Below are positions 17,622 through 27,089 of a stretch of 64,000 nucleotides of DNA, piece by piece; within the stretch, counting starts at the first letter, position 1, and every line of letters begins with the position of its first letter. A program made the translations under genes and the position numbers. Source of the stretch: an uncultured Lachnospiraceae bacterium (GTDB taxonomy: Bacteria > Bacillota > Clostridia > Lachnospirales > Lachnospiraceae); assembly GCA_910577785.1 (NCBI GenBank), contig CAJTNT010000023.1, positions 4,074-68,073 of the forward strand, read 5' to 3'. The notes beneath the pieces are model-generated. The model was not told the DNA's origin. It was given only the letters and a program-made list of their open reading frames with translations, and searched no databases.

Positions 17622-18374
17622 ATGTTACGGTTAGAAGTGGTAAACGAACTGACATTAATGGTATCATCTGACGGAAGGGGCCAGGATGTCCTTTTTACAA
17701 AGGCTGGCGCCTTTATTGGCGGAGAATGCCAGGGAGGCAAGAATTTCAAATTTGAGAAATGCCTATTAGGGCCGGAAGGAAATCCCATGCGCGCCCTGAT
17801 CGGGCAGATTGGGCGTCGGTTTACCGGGGAGAACATGCCCCTGATGAAGGTAATGATGAATGGCCCAAGCACTACATATTACGCCAATGATGAGCAGCAT
17901 GTAGTTATAATCCCATTGCGGCAGGGGGAGATGCTTTCCGTAGAGTCAGAAAACCTGCTGGCTTTTACGGACGACTGCAAATACAGCATCCGTTTTATGG
18001 CGCAGGGCATTATTTCCCAGAAAGGCTGGGCAACCTCTACGCTGACCGGGCAGGGGCCGAACGCCCATGTAGCCGTGTTAGTCGAAGGGAACCCCATTGT
18101 ACTGAGCAACGAGCAGAACGGCGGAACCCTGGAAGCCGATCCAGATGCTGTCGTGTGCTGGACGGGCGCAGATCCCAGTTTCGAACTGGATATGTCCTGG
18201 AAAAACCTCCTGGGTTCCCGTGGGGCGTCCGGCGAGAGCTATATGTTCCAATGGTCAGCCCATCAAAGGGCATGCGTCCTGATCCAGCCCAAGGAGCGTC
18301 AATCCGGCGTCAATATTGGTATGGACGGAGGCTCCATGGGGCAGCGTGCCACCAGGCAGACTTGGGGGAGGTAG
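17622..18374 (+). CDS. AIM24 family protein (DUF124/TIGR00266-like)
   Basis: 250 aa with RBS GCGGAGG. The pattern is typical of AIM24-like beta proteins: GAFIGGE, LLGPEGNPMRAL, GENMPLMKV, GEMLSVESENLLAF, LTGQGPNAHVAVLVEGNPIVL, GESYMFQWS. Confidence 0.75.
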   Translation: MLRLEVVNELTLMVSSDGRGQDVLFTKAGAFIGGECQGGKNFKFEKCLLGPEGNPMRALIGQIGRRFTGENMPLMKVMMNGPSTTYYANDEQHVVIIPLRQGEMLSVESENLLAFTDDCKYSIRFMAQGIISQKGWATSTLTGQGPNAHVAVLVEGNPIVLSNEQNGGTLEADPDAVVCWTGADPSFELDMSWKNLLGSRGASGESYMFQWSAHQRACVLIQPKERQSGVNIGMDGGSMGQRATRQTWGR

Positions 18375-18564
18375 CTGGACAATTCACAATTTACAGCTTC
18401 TTTACAAAACACTGTGTCTTTTTTCGCATGTGTCCGTTATAATATTAAGCAGATAGACACGGTTATCATAAGTTTTACGCAATATACCTGTTATTCACGG
18501 AACGATGAACGGTATGCCGGCAATCTCTTGGAACAACAAAAAATAATAGGAAGGGAATTCCTTC

Positions 18565-19224
18565 ATGAAAAAAATATTGGTAATCGAAGACGAAATTGCA
18601 ATCAATGACTTAATCTGCCTGAATCTGGAAATCGCAGGCTATCAGCCTGTTCCCTTCTTTGATGGGCTGGAATTTAGCCGCCACCTGCAGCAGGAGGACG
18701 GCTACCACCTGGCGCTGCTGGACATTATGCTCCCCGGCAAGGATGGCTTTGCGCTTTTGGAAGAACTGAAAAGACATAATATCCCCGTCATCTACCTGAC
18801 CGCCAAAGGCGACCTCCCCAGCAAAATCAAAGGCTTAAGAAGCGGCGCTGAGGACTACATCGTCAAGCCTTTTGAAATGCTGGAACTTTTAGTCCGCATT
18901 GACAACGTCCTGAAACGCTTCCACTGCGAGGAAACAGAAGAAATCCAGATCAAGGACGTTACCATCAACGAGAAAAAGCGCACCGTCCACAAAGCCGGCG
19001 TAGAAATTCCCATGCAGCCGATGGAATTTGACTGCCTCCTGACCTTTTGGAAATACAGGAACCGCGTTATGACAAGGGAGCAGATCCTGAATATCCTCTG
19101 GGGCGTGGATTTCGAAGGAGAAAGCCGCACCGTAGACGTGCATGTAGGCAATATCCGCAAAAAACTGGATTTCTCCGATGTCATTATTACCGTTCCTAGG
19201 GTAGGCTACCGCATGGAAATATAA
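18565..19224 (+). CDS. OmpR/PhoB-family response regulator (no adjacent kinase)
   Basis: 219 aa. The REC domain has KILVIEDE, LLDIMLPGKDG and YIVKPF. The winged-helix output has LTFWKYRNRVMTREQIL, RTVDVHVGNIRKKL and VGYRM. Confidence 0.9.
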   Translation: MKKILVIEDEIAINDLICLNLEIAGYQPVPFFDGLEFSRHLQQEDGYHLALLDIMLPGKDGFALLEELKRHNIPVIYLTAKGDLPSKIKGLRSGAEDYIVKPFEMLELLVRIDNVLKRFHCEETEEIQIKDVTINEKKRTVHKAGVEIPMQPMEFDCLLTFWKYRNRVMTREQILNILWGVDFEGESRTVDVHVGNIRKKLDFSDVIITVPRVGYRMEI

Positions 19225-19332
19225 GCATAGAAAAAATATTGTTTTCACAGTGCTCTATAGTATCATTCCATTCCCATTTACGGGAGAGGGAATCTTTCGC
19301 CATATAAGGAAATGCAGTGATTCTCTACTTGT

Positions 19333-19400
19333 AGCGGAGGAAGCGGTAGCGTGTTTCTGTTGCGGCTTTCCCGCTTCCGCAGCGTTTCGTATGCCACATT
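19333..19400. repeat. structured GC-rich intergenic repeat (family member, short form)
   Basis: AGCGGAGGAAGCGG ... AGCGTGTTTCTGTTGCGGCTTTCCCGCTTCCGCAGCGTTTCGTATGCCACATT aligns with both arms and the tail of the 11649-11804 element, but lacks its central ~90 nt. Confidence 0.7.
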
Positions 19401-19424
19401 TTCCAACAAATATTTCCTTACCCC

Positions 19425-19453
19425 TTGACGTGCCCCCATTCCTGTGTTATAGT
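19425..19453 (+). promoter_or_regulatory. SigA-type promoter upstream of rpmG-secE-nusG
   Basis: TTGACG (19425-19430), 17-nt spacer, TATAGT (19448-19453). Confidence 0.55.
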
Positions 19454-19518
19454 AAACGAGTGATGGAAGTAGGTCTTTTTTTTATGCCTAAATTTAGAAT
19501 TTAACGGAGGTGGAAGTT

Positions 19519-19668
19519 GTGCGCACAAGAATTACTCTGGCATGTACAGAATGTAAGCAACGGAATTACAACATGACAAAAGATAAGAAAGCCCATCCAG
19601 ACAGAATGGAGACAAAGAAATACTGCAGGTTCTGCAGGAAACACACGCCACACAAAGAAACGAAGTAA
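19519..19668 (+). CDS. rpmG: 50S ribosomal protein L33
   Basis: This gene is below the ORF-track length cutoff. A GTG start follows ACGGAGGTGGAAG. Translation is [49 protein letters not shown], with the CxxC...CxxC zinc-ribbon pattern of L33. Confidence 0.92.
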   Translation: MRTRITLACTECKQRNYNMTKDKKAHPDRMETKKYCRFCRKHTPHKETK

Positions 19669-19680
19669 TGGAGGTAGGAG

Positions 19681-19905
19681 ATGGCAGAGACCAATACAGA
19701 GAAAACTCCAAAGACGGACAAGGCTCCCAAGACAAGTTGGTTCACCGGCTTAAAGGCAGAATTTAATAAGATTATCTGGCCGGACAAAAAGTCCCTGGGC
19801 AGGCAGAGCGCCGCAGTCGTGGCGGTTTCCATTGTCCTTGGCCTGATCATTGCCGTGTTAGATGTATTTATTAAGTACGGTGTGGATGCTCTGGTGAATT
19901 TATAG
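19681..19905 (+). CDS. secE: preprotein translocase subunit SecE
   Basis: 74 aa with FNKIIWPDKKSLGRQSAAVVAVSIVLGLIIAVLD (single C-terminal TM). It sits in the conserved position between rpmG and nusG. Confidence 0.92.
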   Translation: MAETNTEKTPKTDKAPKTSWFTGLKAEFNKIIWPDKKSLGRQSAAVVAVSIVLGLIIAVLDVFIKYGVDALVNL

Positions 19906-19921
19906 GAGGCATAGGCGGTTT

Positions 19922-20437
19922 ATGGCAGAGGCAAACTGGTATGTAGTCCATACCTATTCAGGATATGAAAATAAGGTCAAGGAGAACATTGAGAAGACGA
20001 TTGAAAACCGGCATCTGGAGGATCAGATCCTGGAGGTGCGCGTTCCCATGCAGAGCGTTGTGGAAATGAAGAACGGGGTCAAGAAGACCGTCGAGAAGAA
20101 GATGTTTCCGGGCTATGTTCTGCTTAATATGGTCATGAATGATGACATATGGTATGTAGTCAGAAATACCAGAGGCGTCACCGGATTTGTTGGTCCGGGA
20201 TCCAAGCCCGTGCCCCTCACTGAGGAAGAGATGAGGCCATTGGGCATTCAGGTTGAAAATGTGGTCGTGGACTTTGAAGAGGGTGATTCTATCCGTGTGG
20301 TGGATGGCGTCTGGAGGGATACCGTTGGCGTAATCCAGTCCATAAACCATGGCAAGCAGATGGTCACCATCAACGTAGAGCTGTTCGGCCGTGAAACGCC
20401 GACAGAAATAAGTTTCACAGACATCAGAAGGCTATAA
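19922..20437 (+). CDS. nusG: transcription termination/antitermination factor NusG
   Basis: 171 aa. NGN domain WYVVHTYSGYENKV, FPGYVLL, and a KOW motif (GDSIRVVDGVWRDTVGVIQSI). Confidence 0.95.
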   Translation: MAEANWYVVHTYSGYENKVKENIEKTIENRHLEDQILEVRVPMQSVVEMKNGVKKTVEKKMFPGYVLLNMVMNDDIWYVVRNTRGVTGFVGPGSKPVPLTEEEMRPLGIQVENVVVDFEEGDSIRVVDGVWRDTVGVIQSINHGKQMVTINVELFGRETPTEISFTDIRRL

Positions 20438-20488
20438 GATGCAAGGCTTATAGTTGTAAGACTCATATTTGTAAGGAGGAAATTCCAA

Positions 20489-20917
20489 ATGGCAAAGAAA
20501 GTAGAAGGATATATTAAATTGCAGATTCCTGCCGGGAAAGCTACCCCGGCTCCGCCAGTCGGCCCTGCCCTTGGCCAGCATGGCGTCAACATCGTTGAAT
20601 TTACCAAACAGTTCAACGCAAGGACAGCAGACAAGGGGGATTTGATTATTCCGGTTGTCATTACCGTATATGCAGACAGGAGCTTTAGTTTCATTACTAA
20701 GACGCCGCCTGCCCCGGTATTGATTAAGAAGGCTTGCAACATCAAGTCCGGCTCCGCAGTGCCCAACAAGACCAAGGTGGCAACCCTTTCCCGGGCAAAG
20801 CTCCAGGAAATCGCAGAGATGAAGATGCCAGACTTAAACGCAGCATCCTTAGAGGCAGCCATGAGCATGATTGCCGGCACCGCCAGGAGCATGGGCGTTA
20901 CGGTAGAAGAGGCATAG
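20489..20917 (+). CDS. rplK: 50S ribosomal protein L11
   Basis: 142 aa. [27 protein letters not shown] is the canonical L11 N-terminus. Confidence 0.97.
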   Translation: MAKKVEGYIKLQIPAGKATPAPPVGPALGQHGVNIVEFTKQFNARTADKGDLIIPVVITVYADRSFSFITKTPPAPVLIKKACNIKSGSAVPNKTKVATLSRAKLQEIAEMKMPDLNAASLEAAMSMIAGTARSMGVTVEEA

Positions 20918-20995
20918 GCTGACGGCAGGTAAGCGCAATAACAGACAACCGTGGGAGGGGCGTCTCCCGATATTACCACTAGGAGGTTATTCAGA

Positions 20996-21688
20996 ATGAA
21001 ACGAGGAAAGAAATATGCAGAAGCTGCCAAATCCATCGACAGGATGACGCAGTATGACAAAGAAGAGGCAATCAGCCTTGTGAAGAAGGTGGCAATTGCC
21101 AAATTTGATGAGACAATCGAAGCTCATATCAGAACCGGCTGCGACGGCCGCCATGCAGAACAGCAGATCCGCGGCGCAGTTGTGCTGCCCCATGGTACTG
21201 GTAAGGCAGTGAAGGTTTTGGTGTTTGCCAAGGGCGATAAAGTAGACGAGGCATTGGCAGCAGGCGCTGACCATGTGGGCGGCGACGAGCTGATCCCCAG
21301 GATCCAGAATGACGGATGGCTGGATTTCGACGTAGTAGTCGCTACCCCGGACATGATGGGCGTGGTAGGCCGTCTGGGCCGTGTACTCGGGCCAAAAGGC
21401 TTAATGCCAAACCCCAAGGCTGGGACCGTGACCATGGACGTTACCAAGGCAGTCAAAGATATCAAGGCTGGTAAGATTGAGTATCGGTTGGATAAGACTA
21501 ATATTATCCATGTGCCAATTGGAAAAGCATCCTTTACAGAAGAGCAATTAGCGGACAACTTCCAGACCCTGATCGATGCCATCATCAAGGCTAGGCCATC
21601 AGCTGTAAAGGGTCAGTTCTTAAGGAGCGTTACCCTGGCTCCGACCATGGGCCCAGGCGTAAAGATCAATACAGCAAAGTTGGTTTAA
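20996..21688 (+). CDS. rplA: 50S ribosomal protein L1
   Basis: I set the start at ATG 20996 (AGGAGG 9 nt upstream) rather than the GTG at 20951. Motifs: [43 protein letters not shown]. Confidence 0.95.
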   Translation: MKRGKKYAEAAKSIDRMTQYDKEEAISLVKKVAIAKFDETIEAHIRTGCDGRHAEQQIRGAVVLPHGTGKAVKVLVFAKGDKVDEALAAGADHVGGDELIPRIQNDGWLDFDVVVATPDMMGVVGRLGRVLGPKGLMPNPKAGTVTMDVTKAVKDIKAGKIEYRLDKTNIIHVPIGKASFTEEQLADNFQTLIDAIIKARPSAVKGQFLRSVTLAPTMGPGVKINTAKLV

Positions 21689-21695
21689 TTTTGTG

Positions 21696-21724
21696 TTGAC
21701 ATCCAGAATAGAGAATGTTATACT
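21696..21724 (+). promoter_or_regulatory. SigA-type promoter of the rplJ-rplL operon
   Basis: TTGACA (21696-21701), 17-nt spacer, TATACT (21719-21724). Confidence 0.65.
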
Positions 21725-21730
21725 AAGGGG

Positions 21731-21945
21731 CAGAAAATTGCCCCAAGTATCAACCGATGCGCATGGCGCGCTATATGGACCATGTATATCGTATCATAAG
21801 AAGATTGCCGAAGACAGCAGGCGCCGAAAGGCATAACCGCAGGGCCTGCCGAGGGAATTTGCAGGATACGCATGATTTGCGCATGCCTGCAGAGAGCTGA
21901 AGAAGATTTCAGGCCCCTCTGTCTTGGACAGGGGGGCTTTTTATC
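21731..21945 (+). promoter_or_regulatory. ribosomal protein L10 leader (autoregulatory leader RNA ending in an attenuator terminator)
   Basis: A ~215-nt structured GC-rich leader lies between the promoter and rplJ, in the position where Firmicute L10 leaders occur. It ends in the hairpin GCCCCTCTGTC-TTG-GACAGGGGGGC (21914-21938) plus TTTTT. The identity of the upstream fold was not verified with a covariance model. Confidence 0.6.
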
Positions 21946-21976
21946 TTATCTTAAATAATAAGGAGGTGCACGATTC

Positions 21977-22528
21977 GTGGCAAAAGTAGAGTTAAAGCAG
22001 CCGATTGTGCAGGAGATTTCAGAGCAGATCAAAGACGCGCAGTCCGTCGTATTGGTGGATTACCGCGGATTGACTGTGGACGAGGATACACAGCTTCGCA
22101 AACAGCTGAGGGAAGCTGGCGTTGTCTACAAAGTTTATAAAAATACATTGATGAACTTTGCGTTCCAGGGGACGGATTTTGAGAGTATGTCATCCTTTCT
22201 GAAAGGCCCAAGCGCAATTGCTGTTTCCAAAGATGATGCAACTGCACCGGCAAGGATCCTCGCAAAGTTTGCGAAGACAGCCCCGGCATTGGAGCTGAAG
22301 GCAGGCGTGGTAGAAGGTACATTTTATGATGCAGATGGAATCAAGGTAGTGGCTTCCATCCCATCCAGGGAGGAATTGCTTTCCAAGTTCCTGGGCAGCA
22401 TCCAGTCCCCGATTACCAACCTGGCTCGCGTCCTGAATCAGATTGCAGAAAAAGGCGGTCCGGCTGCAGCGGCAGAAGCCGCTCCGGCAGCGGAAGCTCC
22501 CGCAGAAGAAGCTCCGGCAGAGGCATAA
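21977..22528 (+). CDS. rplJ: 50S ribosomal protein L10
   Basis: 183 aa with a GTG start after AAGGAGG. VVLVDYRGLTVDEDTQLRKQLREAG is typical of L10. The Ala/Glu-rich C-terminal tail is unusual but in frame. Confidence 0.93.
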   Translation: MAKVELKQPIVQEISEQIKDAQSVVLVDYRGLTVDEDTQLRKQLREAGVVYKVYKNTLMNFAFQGTDFESMSSFLKGPSAIAVSKDDATAPARILAKFAKTAPALELKAGVVEGTFYDADGIKVVASIPSREELLSKFLGSIQSPITNLARVLNQIAEKGGPAAAAEAAPAAEAPAEEAPAEA

Positions 22529-22657
22529 GAATAGCCCTGCGGGAGGCAGCATAGTCCCGTTTCCGCGGACTGTTACGTTTTGCAGGAATGGCCATGCGCA
22601 GGCAATGGCAGAGATTCCTTAATTTCATTATAAATATTATTATGGAGGAAAATTACA

Positions 22658-23035
22658 ATGGCAAAATTGACAACGGAAGAATTTATCGAAGCAATTAAAG
22701 AGTTAACAGTATTAGAACTGAATGATTTAGTAAAAGCATGTGAGGAAGAGTTTGGCGTATCTGCAGCAGCAGGCGTAGTTGTTGCGGCGGCAGGCGGAGA
22801 TGCAGGCGCAGCTGAAGAAGAGAAGACAGACTTTGATGTAGAGCTGACAGAGATTGGCCCGAACAAAGTTAAGGTAATCAAGGTTGTCCGTGAAGTGACC
22901 GGATTAGGCCTGAAGGAAGCAAAAGAACTGGTTGACAATGCGCCTAAGATTGTAAAAGAGGGCGCAGAGAAGGCTGAGGCTGAAGATATCAAGGCTAAGC
23001 TGGAAGGCGAAGGCGCTAAGGTAACCCTGAAATAA
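22658..23035 (+). CDS. rplL: 50S ribosomal protein L7/L12
   Basis: 125 aa with an Ala/Gly hinge. The C-terminal domain has [22 protein letters not shown] and [14 protein letters not shown]. Confidence 0.97.
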   Translation: MAKLTTEEFIEAIKELTVLELNDLVKACEEEFGVSAAAGVVVAAAGGDAGAAEEEKTDFDVELTEIGPNKVKVIKVVREVTGLGLKEAKELVDNAPKIVKEGAEKAEAEDIKAKLEGEGAKVTLK

Positions 23036-23195
23036 TTTTCTGGGTTTCTTATAGAAGCATTTTTGCGTATTGTGATAGCAGGAGCAGCCCCATGTCTGGG
23101 AGAGGCCGCAGCAGTTTAGATTCTGGAAGGAACAAGCCGTTCTGAAATGCTGTGCATCCCAGGCGTGGGGCTGCTATTCTTATGGAGGTGTTACC

Positions 23196-24434
23196 ATGGC
23201 AATTGTGAAGCCATTTTGTGCCATTCGGCCAAGCCGGGAGAAGGCTGGAGAAATAGCGGCTCTTCCTTATGATGTATATAACCGTCAGGAAGCCTGCGAG
23301 GCAGTCAGGAAGAACCCGCAGAGTTTCCTCAAGATAGACCGTGCCGAGACGCTTTTGGGAGACGGCGTTGACACGTATGCCCCAGAAGTTTACCAAAAAG
23401 CCCATGACGTGCTCTGGGAAATGGTGAGGGACGGCTCATTTATCAAGGAAGAGAAGCCGTGTTACTATATTTATGAGCTAACGATGGACGGCAGGGTGCA
23501 GACGGGGATCGCAGCCTGCGCCTCCATTGACGATTATGAACAGGGCATTATCAAGAAGCACGAAAACACCAGGGCAGAGAAAGAAGCGGACCGCATCCGC
23601 CATGTGGATGCCTGCAACGCCCAGACAGGGCCGATTTTCCTTGCCTACCGGGCAGATGCTGCCATCAACAGCATTGTGGACGCCGCCAAACAGCAGGCGC
23701 CCCTCTATGATTTTGTGTCAGAAGACGGCATCCGCCACAGGGTTTGGATGATTTCCGGGCAGGAACAGATTGCAGGCATGGAAGAGGCTTTTGCTGGGAT
23801 TGGCGAAATCTATATTGCAGATGGGCATCATCGCGCGGCGTCTGCCGTGCGGGTAGGGCAGGAGCGCAGGAAAGCCCATCCGGGCTATACAGGGCAAGAA
23901 GAATTTAATTATTTCCTATCCGTGCTGTTTCCGGATGAGCAGCTGATGATCATGGATTACAACCGTGCGGTCAAGGATCTGAACGGGCTGACAGAAGAAG
24001 CGTTCCTCTCAAAGGTTGCTGAGATCTTCGAAGTAGGGGAGGCAGAGGCTTGTCCCATCAAACCGGACAAAAAGGGCGTCTTTACCATGTGTCTCCAGGG
24101 GAGATGGTACCGCTGTGCGATTAAGCCGGAGGATAGGTCTGGCGACCCGGTAAAAGGGCTGGATGTATCCATTCTGCAGGAGAAGCTGCTGGCGCCCGTG
24201 CTGCAGATCAAAGACCCCAAAACAGACAGCCGCATTGATTTCATCGGCGGCATCCGGGGCTTAGGGGAGCTGGAGCAAAGGTGCAGGAGGGACTGCGCGG
24301 TGGCATTTGCAATGTACCCAACGTCCATCCATGAGCTTTTTGCCGTTGCAGACGCCGGGATGCTGATGCCCCCCAAATCCACTTGGTTTGAGCCCAAGCT
24401 GCGGAGCGGGATTTTTATCCATGCACTGGATTAA
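23196..24434 (+). CDS. DUF1015 domain-containing protein
   Basis: 412 aa. The N-terminus MAIVKPFCAIRP...ALPYDVY, together with KHENTRAEKEADR and ADGHHRAASA, matches my recollection of the conserved DUF1015 family. Confidence 0.75.
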   Translation: MAIVKPFCAIRPSREKAGEIAALPYDVYNRQEACEAVRKNPQSFLKIDRAETLLGDGVDTYAPEVYQKAHDVLWEMVRDGSFIKEEKPCYYIYELTMDGRVQTGIAACASIDDYEQGIIKKHENTRAEKEADRIRHVDACNAQTGPIFLAYRADAAINSIVDAAKQQAPLYDFVSEDGIRHRVWMISGQEQIAGMEEAFAGIGEIYIADGHHRAASAVRVGQERRKAHPGYTGQEEFNYFLSVLFPDEQLMIMDYNRAVKDLNGLTEEAFLSKVAEIFEVGEAEACPIKPDKKGVFTMCLQGRWYRCAIKPEDRSGDPVKGLDVSILQEKLLAPVLQIKDPKTDSRIDFIGGIRGLGELEQRCRRDCAVAFAMYPTSIHELFAVADAGMLMPPKSTWFEPKLRSGIFIHALD

Positions 24435-25831
24435 AATACTTGGCAGAGCCTGTCAACAGCCTCCTGCATATGCCCCGGGTGGATGGCGGAATAATTAATT
24501 AAGAAGACATGCTCTTTCCCGGGGCAGCCATGATAATAGTACTGGGACAGGGAGGAAAGCCGGATCCCTTGCTTCTTTGCACGCTGCATAATCGCGTCAT
24601 TGGAAGCAGGGGTGTCCACCTGCATCAGGAAGTGCAGGCCGGCGTTCTCCTCCATAATCACCGTCCGGGGCGCCAGGGAGCTGTCCTTTAAGTACCGCAG
24701 CAGCAAATCCCGCTGGTTATGGTAATAATTCCGCATCCGATTGATATGCCTCTCGAAATGCCCATCCTGCAAGAAACGCGTCAGTGTATATTGCTCAAAA
24801 TTAGACACCGTACAAGAGTAAAATCCCATTTCCCGATAAAAACGTTCCATCAGATGCCCTGGCAGCACCATATAGCTGATACGGATGGTAGAAGCCAGGG
24901 TCTTGGAAAACGTGTTCATATAAATCACCTTCCCCATAGAATCAATGCTCTGCAAGGCGGGGATAGGCTTGCCCATAAAGCGGAATTCGCAGTCATAATC
25001 GTCCTCGATAATATAATGGGAATCCTTCTCCGCTGCCCAACCCAGCAGCTGATAACGCCGCCCAATGGGCATGATGATGCCTGTCGGGAAGTGGTGGGAG
25101 GGCGATATATGCACAATTTCCGCCCCCGACTCCTTCAGGCATTCTGTACGGATCCCCTGCCCGTCCAGCGGGATATGGTGGCAGGCGGCATGGTTGCTCT
25201 GGAAGATAGCCCCCACCTTCTGGTAGCCTGGATCTTCCACGGCATAGACCTTGTCATGCCCCAGCAGCTGGATCAGCAGCCCATATAGGTATTCCGTCCC
25301 AGCCCCCACCACAATCTGCTCTGGCGCGACCGTCATTCCTCGGAATTGCTTTAGGTATCTGGCAATCTCCTCCCGCAGCGGCAAGATGCCCCCGCTGGGC
25401 GGCCGTTCCATCAGCGCCATGCTGTCCCCGGCCATCACTTCCCGCACAAGCTTGGCCCAGATAGAAAAAGGGAAAGTATCCGGGTGCGTCTGGCTGCTGG
25501 AAAAATCTGCAAAATAGGCAGGCGCTTCCGGCGTTTTTGGCACAGGGATGCTGCCTGTGGAAGAAAAAGCAGCCGTAACGGTTCCCTTTGAGATATTTGA
25601 TACATAATACCCTTTTTTGGGCATGGAATAAATATACCCTTCTGCCATAAGCTGCGCATAGGCATTTTCTATGGTAATGGCGCTGACGCCCAGATGCTTG
25701 GCCAGGCTGCGCTTCGAAGGAAGCCGGTCTTCAGGCGCCAGTATCCCATTTAGGATATCCTCCTTAATACATCTGTATAAATATCCGTACAGGCTCTCCC
25801 CGCCCCTGTCAGAGAAAGAATAAGTAAGCAT
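24431..25831 (-). CDS. MocR-type transcriptional regulator (GntR HTH fused to PLP-dependent aminotransferase-like domain)
   Basis: I set the start at ATG 25831 (466 aa); the track ORF starts at 25900. The HTH is RLPSKRSLAKHLGVSAITIENAYAQLMAEGYI. The fold-type I aminotransferase-like domain includes the SFSKTL lysine motif. The stop codon overlaps the DUF1015 stop by 4 bp (convergent genes). Confidence 0.85.
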   Translation of the reverse strand: MLTYSFSDRGGESLYGYLYRCIKEDILNGILAPEDRLPSKRSLAKHLGVSAITIENAYAQLMAEGYIYSMPKKGYYVSNISKGTVTAAFSSTGSIPVPKTPEAPAYFADFSSSQTHPDTFPFSIWAKLVREVMAGDSMALMERPPSGGILPLREEIARYLKQFRGMTVAPEQIVVGAGTEYLYGLLIQLLGHDKVYAVEDPGYQKVGAIFQSNHAACHHIPLDGQGIRTECLKESGAEIVHISPSHHFPTGIIMPIGRRYQLLGWAAEKDSHYIIEDDYDCEFRFMGKPIPALQSIDSMGKVIYMNTFSKTLASTIRISYMVLPGHLMERFYREMGFYSCTVSNFEQYTLTRFLQDGHFERHINRMRNYYHNQRDLLLRYLKDSSLAPRTVIMEENAGLHFLMQVDTPASNDAIMQRAKKQGIRLSSLSQYYYHGCPGKEHVFLINYSAIHPGHMQEAVDRLCQVF

Positions 25832-26189
25832 GATGAAATCTCCAATCGCAATTTTTCTAGGGCTTTGGTTGTCATGGATGTATATGGGATAGTCTATCAT
25901 AAAAAAAGGGCTGCGGCAATCTTAGTGTGGCGGTATTCCATCCCTTGGTTTCGACATTTTTCTAAAAGAAAATATGCTATCCTTCTTATTTGTGCCTAGT
26001 TGAAATGATGGAACGGGAGAATCGTGAGAACGTTTGTTGATTGCCTAATCATGTGGATACGCGCATAAAGTAATGCCTGGATTAGCATCCGCCTGGTGAG
26101 AAAATATTTACCAAAATATAAAGTAAATGTAATCATGCTCTCTGGATATACTAAAGGTAGCGGAAAGACATCATAACAGATATTGTTCC

Positions 26190-26209
26190 GCGTTCCGTAT
26201 GGCCATTCC
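26190..26209. repeat. 20-nt tail fragment of the intergenic repeat family
   Basis: GCGTTCCGTATGGCCATTCC is identical to 11785-11804. Confidence 0.8.
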
Positions 26210-26251
26210 CCATTCTCAATATTGTAACCATTATTTTCTATGGAGGAAAAA

Positions 26252-26863
26252 ATGATTTTAAAGAAATATTTGCAGCAAGAAGATTTTATAGTAAAATGTA
26301 ATCATACCATCCATCTCCTGGAAGCCAGGCTCCAAAAGATTAACGCCGAGCTAACCCGCCGCTGCGGGCGGAATGTCATCCACGGCTTTTCCGCCCGCAT
26401 TAAGACGTATGACAGTATTGCGGCCAAGCTCAGGCGCAAAGGCCTGGCAGAAACCGTGAAGGCCATGGAGGAAAACCTCAATGATGTTGTGGGCGTCCGT
26501 GCCGTCTGCACCTATACGGACGATCTGTACCAGATTGCAGAGATGCTCCGCGCCCAGAAGGATTTGCGCTTCATCAAAGAAAAAGATTACATCAAATTCC
26601 CCAAAAAGAGCGGCTATCGGAGTATGCACCTGATTTTCCGGGTTCCTATCTCTTTCCATGGGGAAACCCAATGGATCAAAGCCGAGGTGCAGCTGCGCAC
26701 AGGCGCCATGGATTATTGGGCAGGGCTGGATTACCAGCTCCAGTATAAAAAAGAAAACCGGGAAGCGAAAAACATCAGCATTGAGCTTAGGCAGTATGCC
26801 AATGCCATTGAGCAGATTGACAGCAAAGTTCTGGAACTGCGCAAACGGATTGAGGCCATTTGA
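26252..26863 (+). CDS. small alarmone synthetase (RelA/SpoT-domain GTP pyrophosphokinase, RelQ/RelP type)
   Basis: I prefer the ATG at 26252 (GGAGG 5 nt upstream) over 26240. Motifs: SARIKTYDSIAAKLRRK, DVVGVRAVC, SGYRSMHLIF, EVQLRT. There is no hydrolase domain. Confidence 0.85.
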   Translation: MILKKYLQQEDFIVKCNHTIHLLEARLQKINAELTRRCGRNVIHGFSARIKTYDSIAAKLRRKGLAETVKAMEENLNDVVGVRAVCTYTDDLYQIAEMLRAQKDLRFIKEKDYIKFPKKSGYRSMHLIFRVPISFHGETQWIKAEVQLRTGAMDYWAGLDYQLQYKKENREAKNISIELRQYANAIEQIDSKVLELRKRIEAI

Positions 26864-27089
26864 GCGGCCGATTCTTAGCGTTACATAATCGTTCTGGAAT
26901 TTGGTATTGGGCAAGTTTATATTTAGGTAAATATTTTTCACAAGGCAAGGGCTTTCCGTATATCGTAAGGAAATGTATCGGCTTTCGAACCGTAACGGCT
27001 CGGGGCATTCCCCCATAAAAAGCCGCACAAAAATGGGCGTGTTGGTTTATCTAAATATAAGCTTGCTGTTACATAAGGGAGGAAAAGGA

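Noticed and set aside
23075-23190. Long imperfect hairpin (AGCAGCCCCA ... TGGGGCTGCT) between rplL and the DUF1015 gene, considered as a terminator or structured RNA.
   Set aside because: The stem is interrupted and encloses about 70 nt. There is no U-tract afterwards, so I could not distinguish a terminator from chance pairing.
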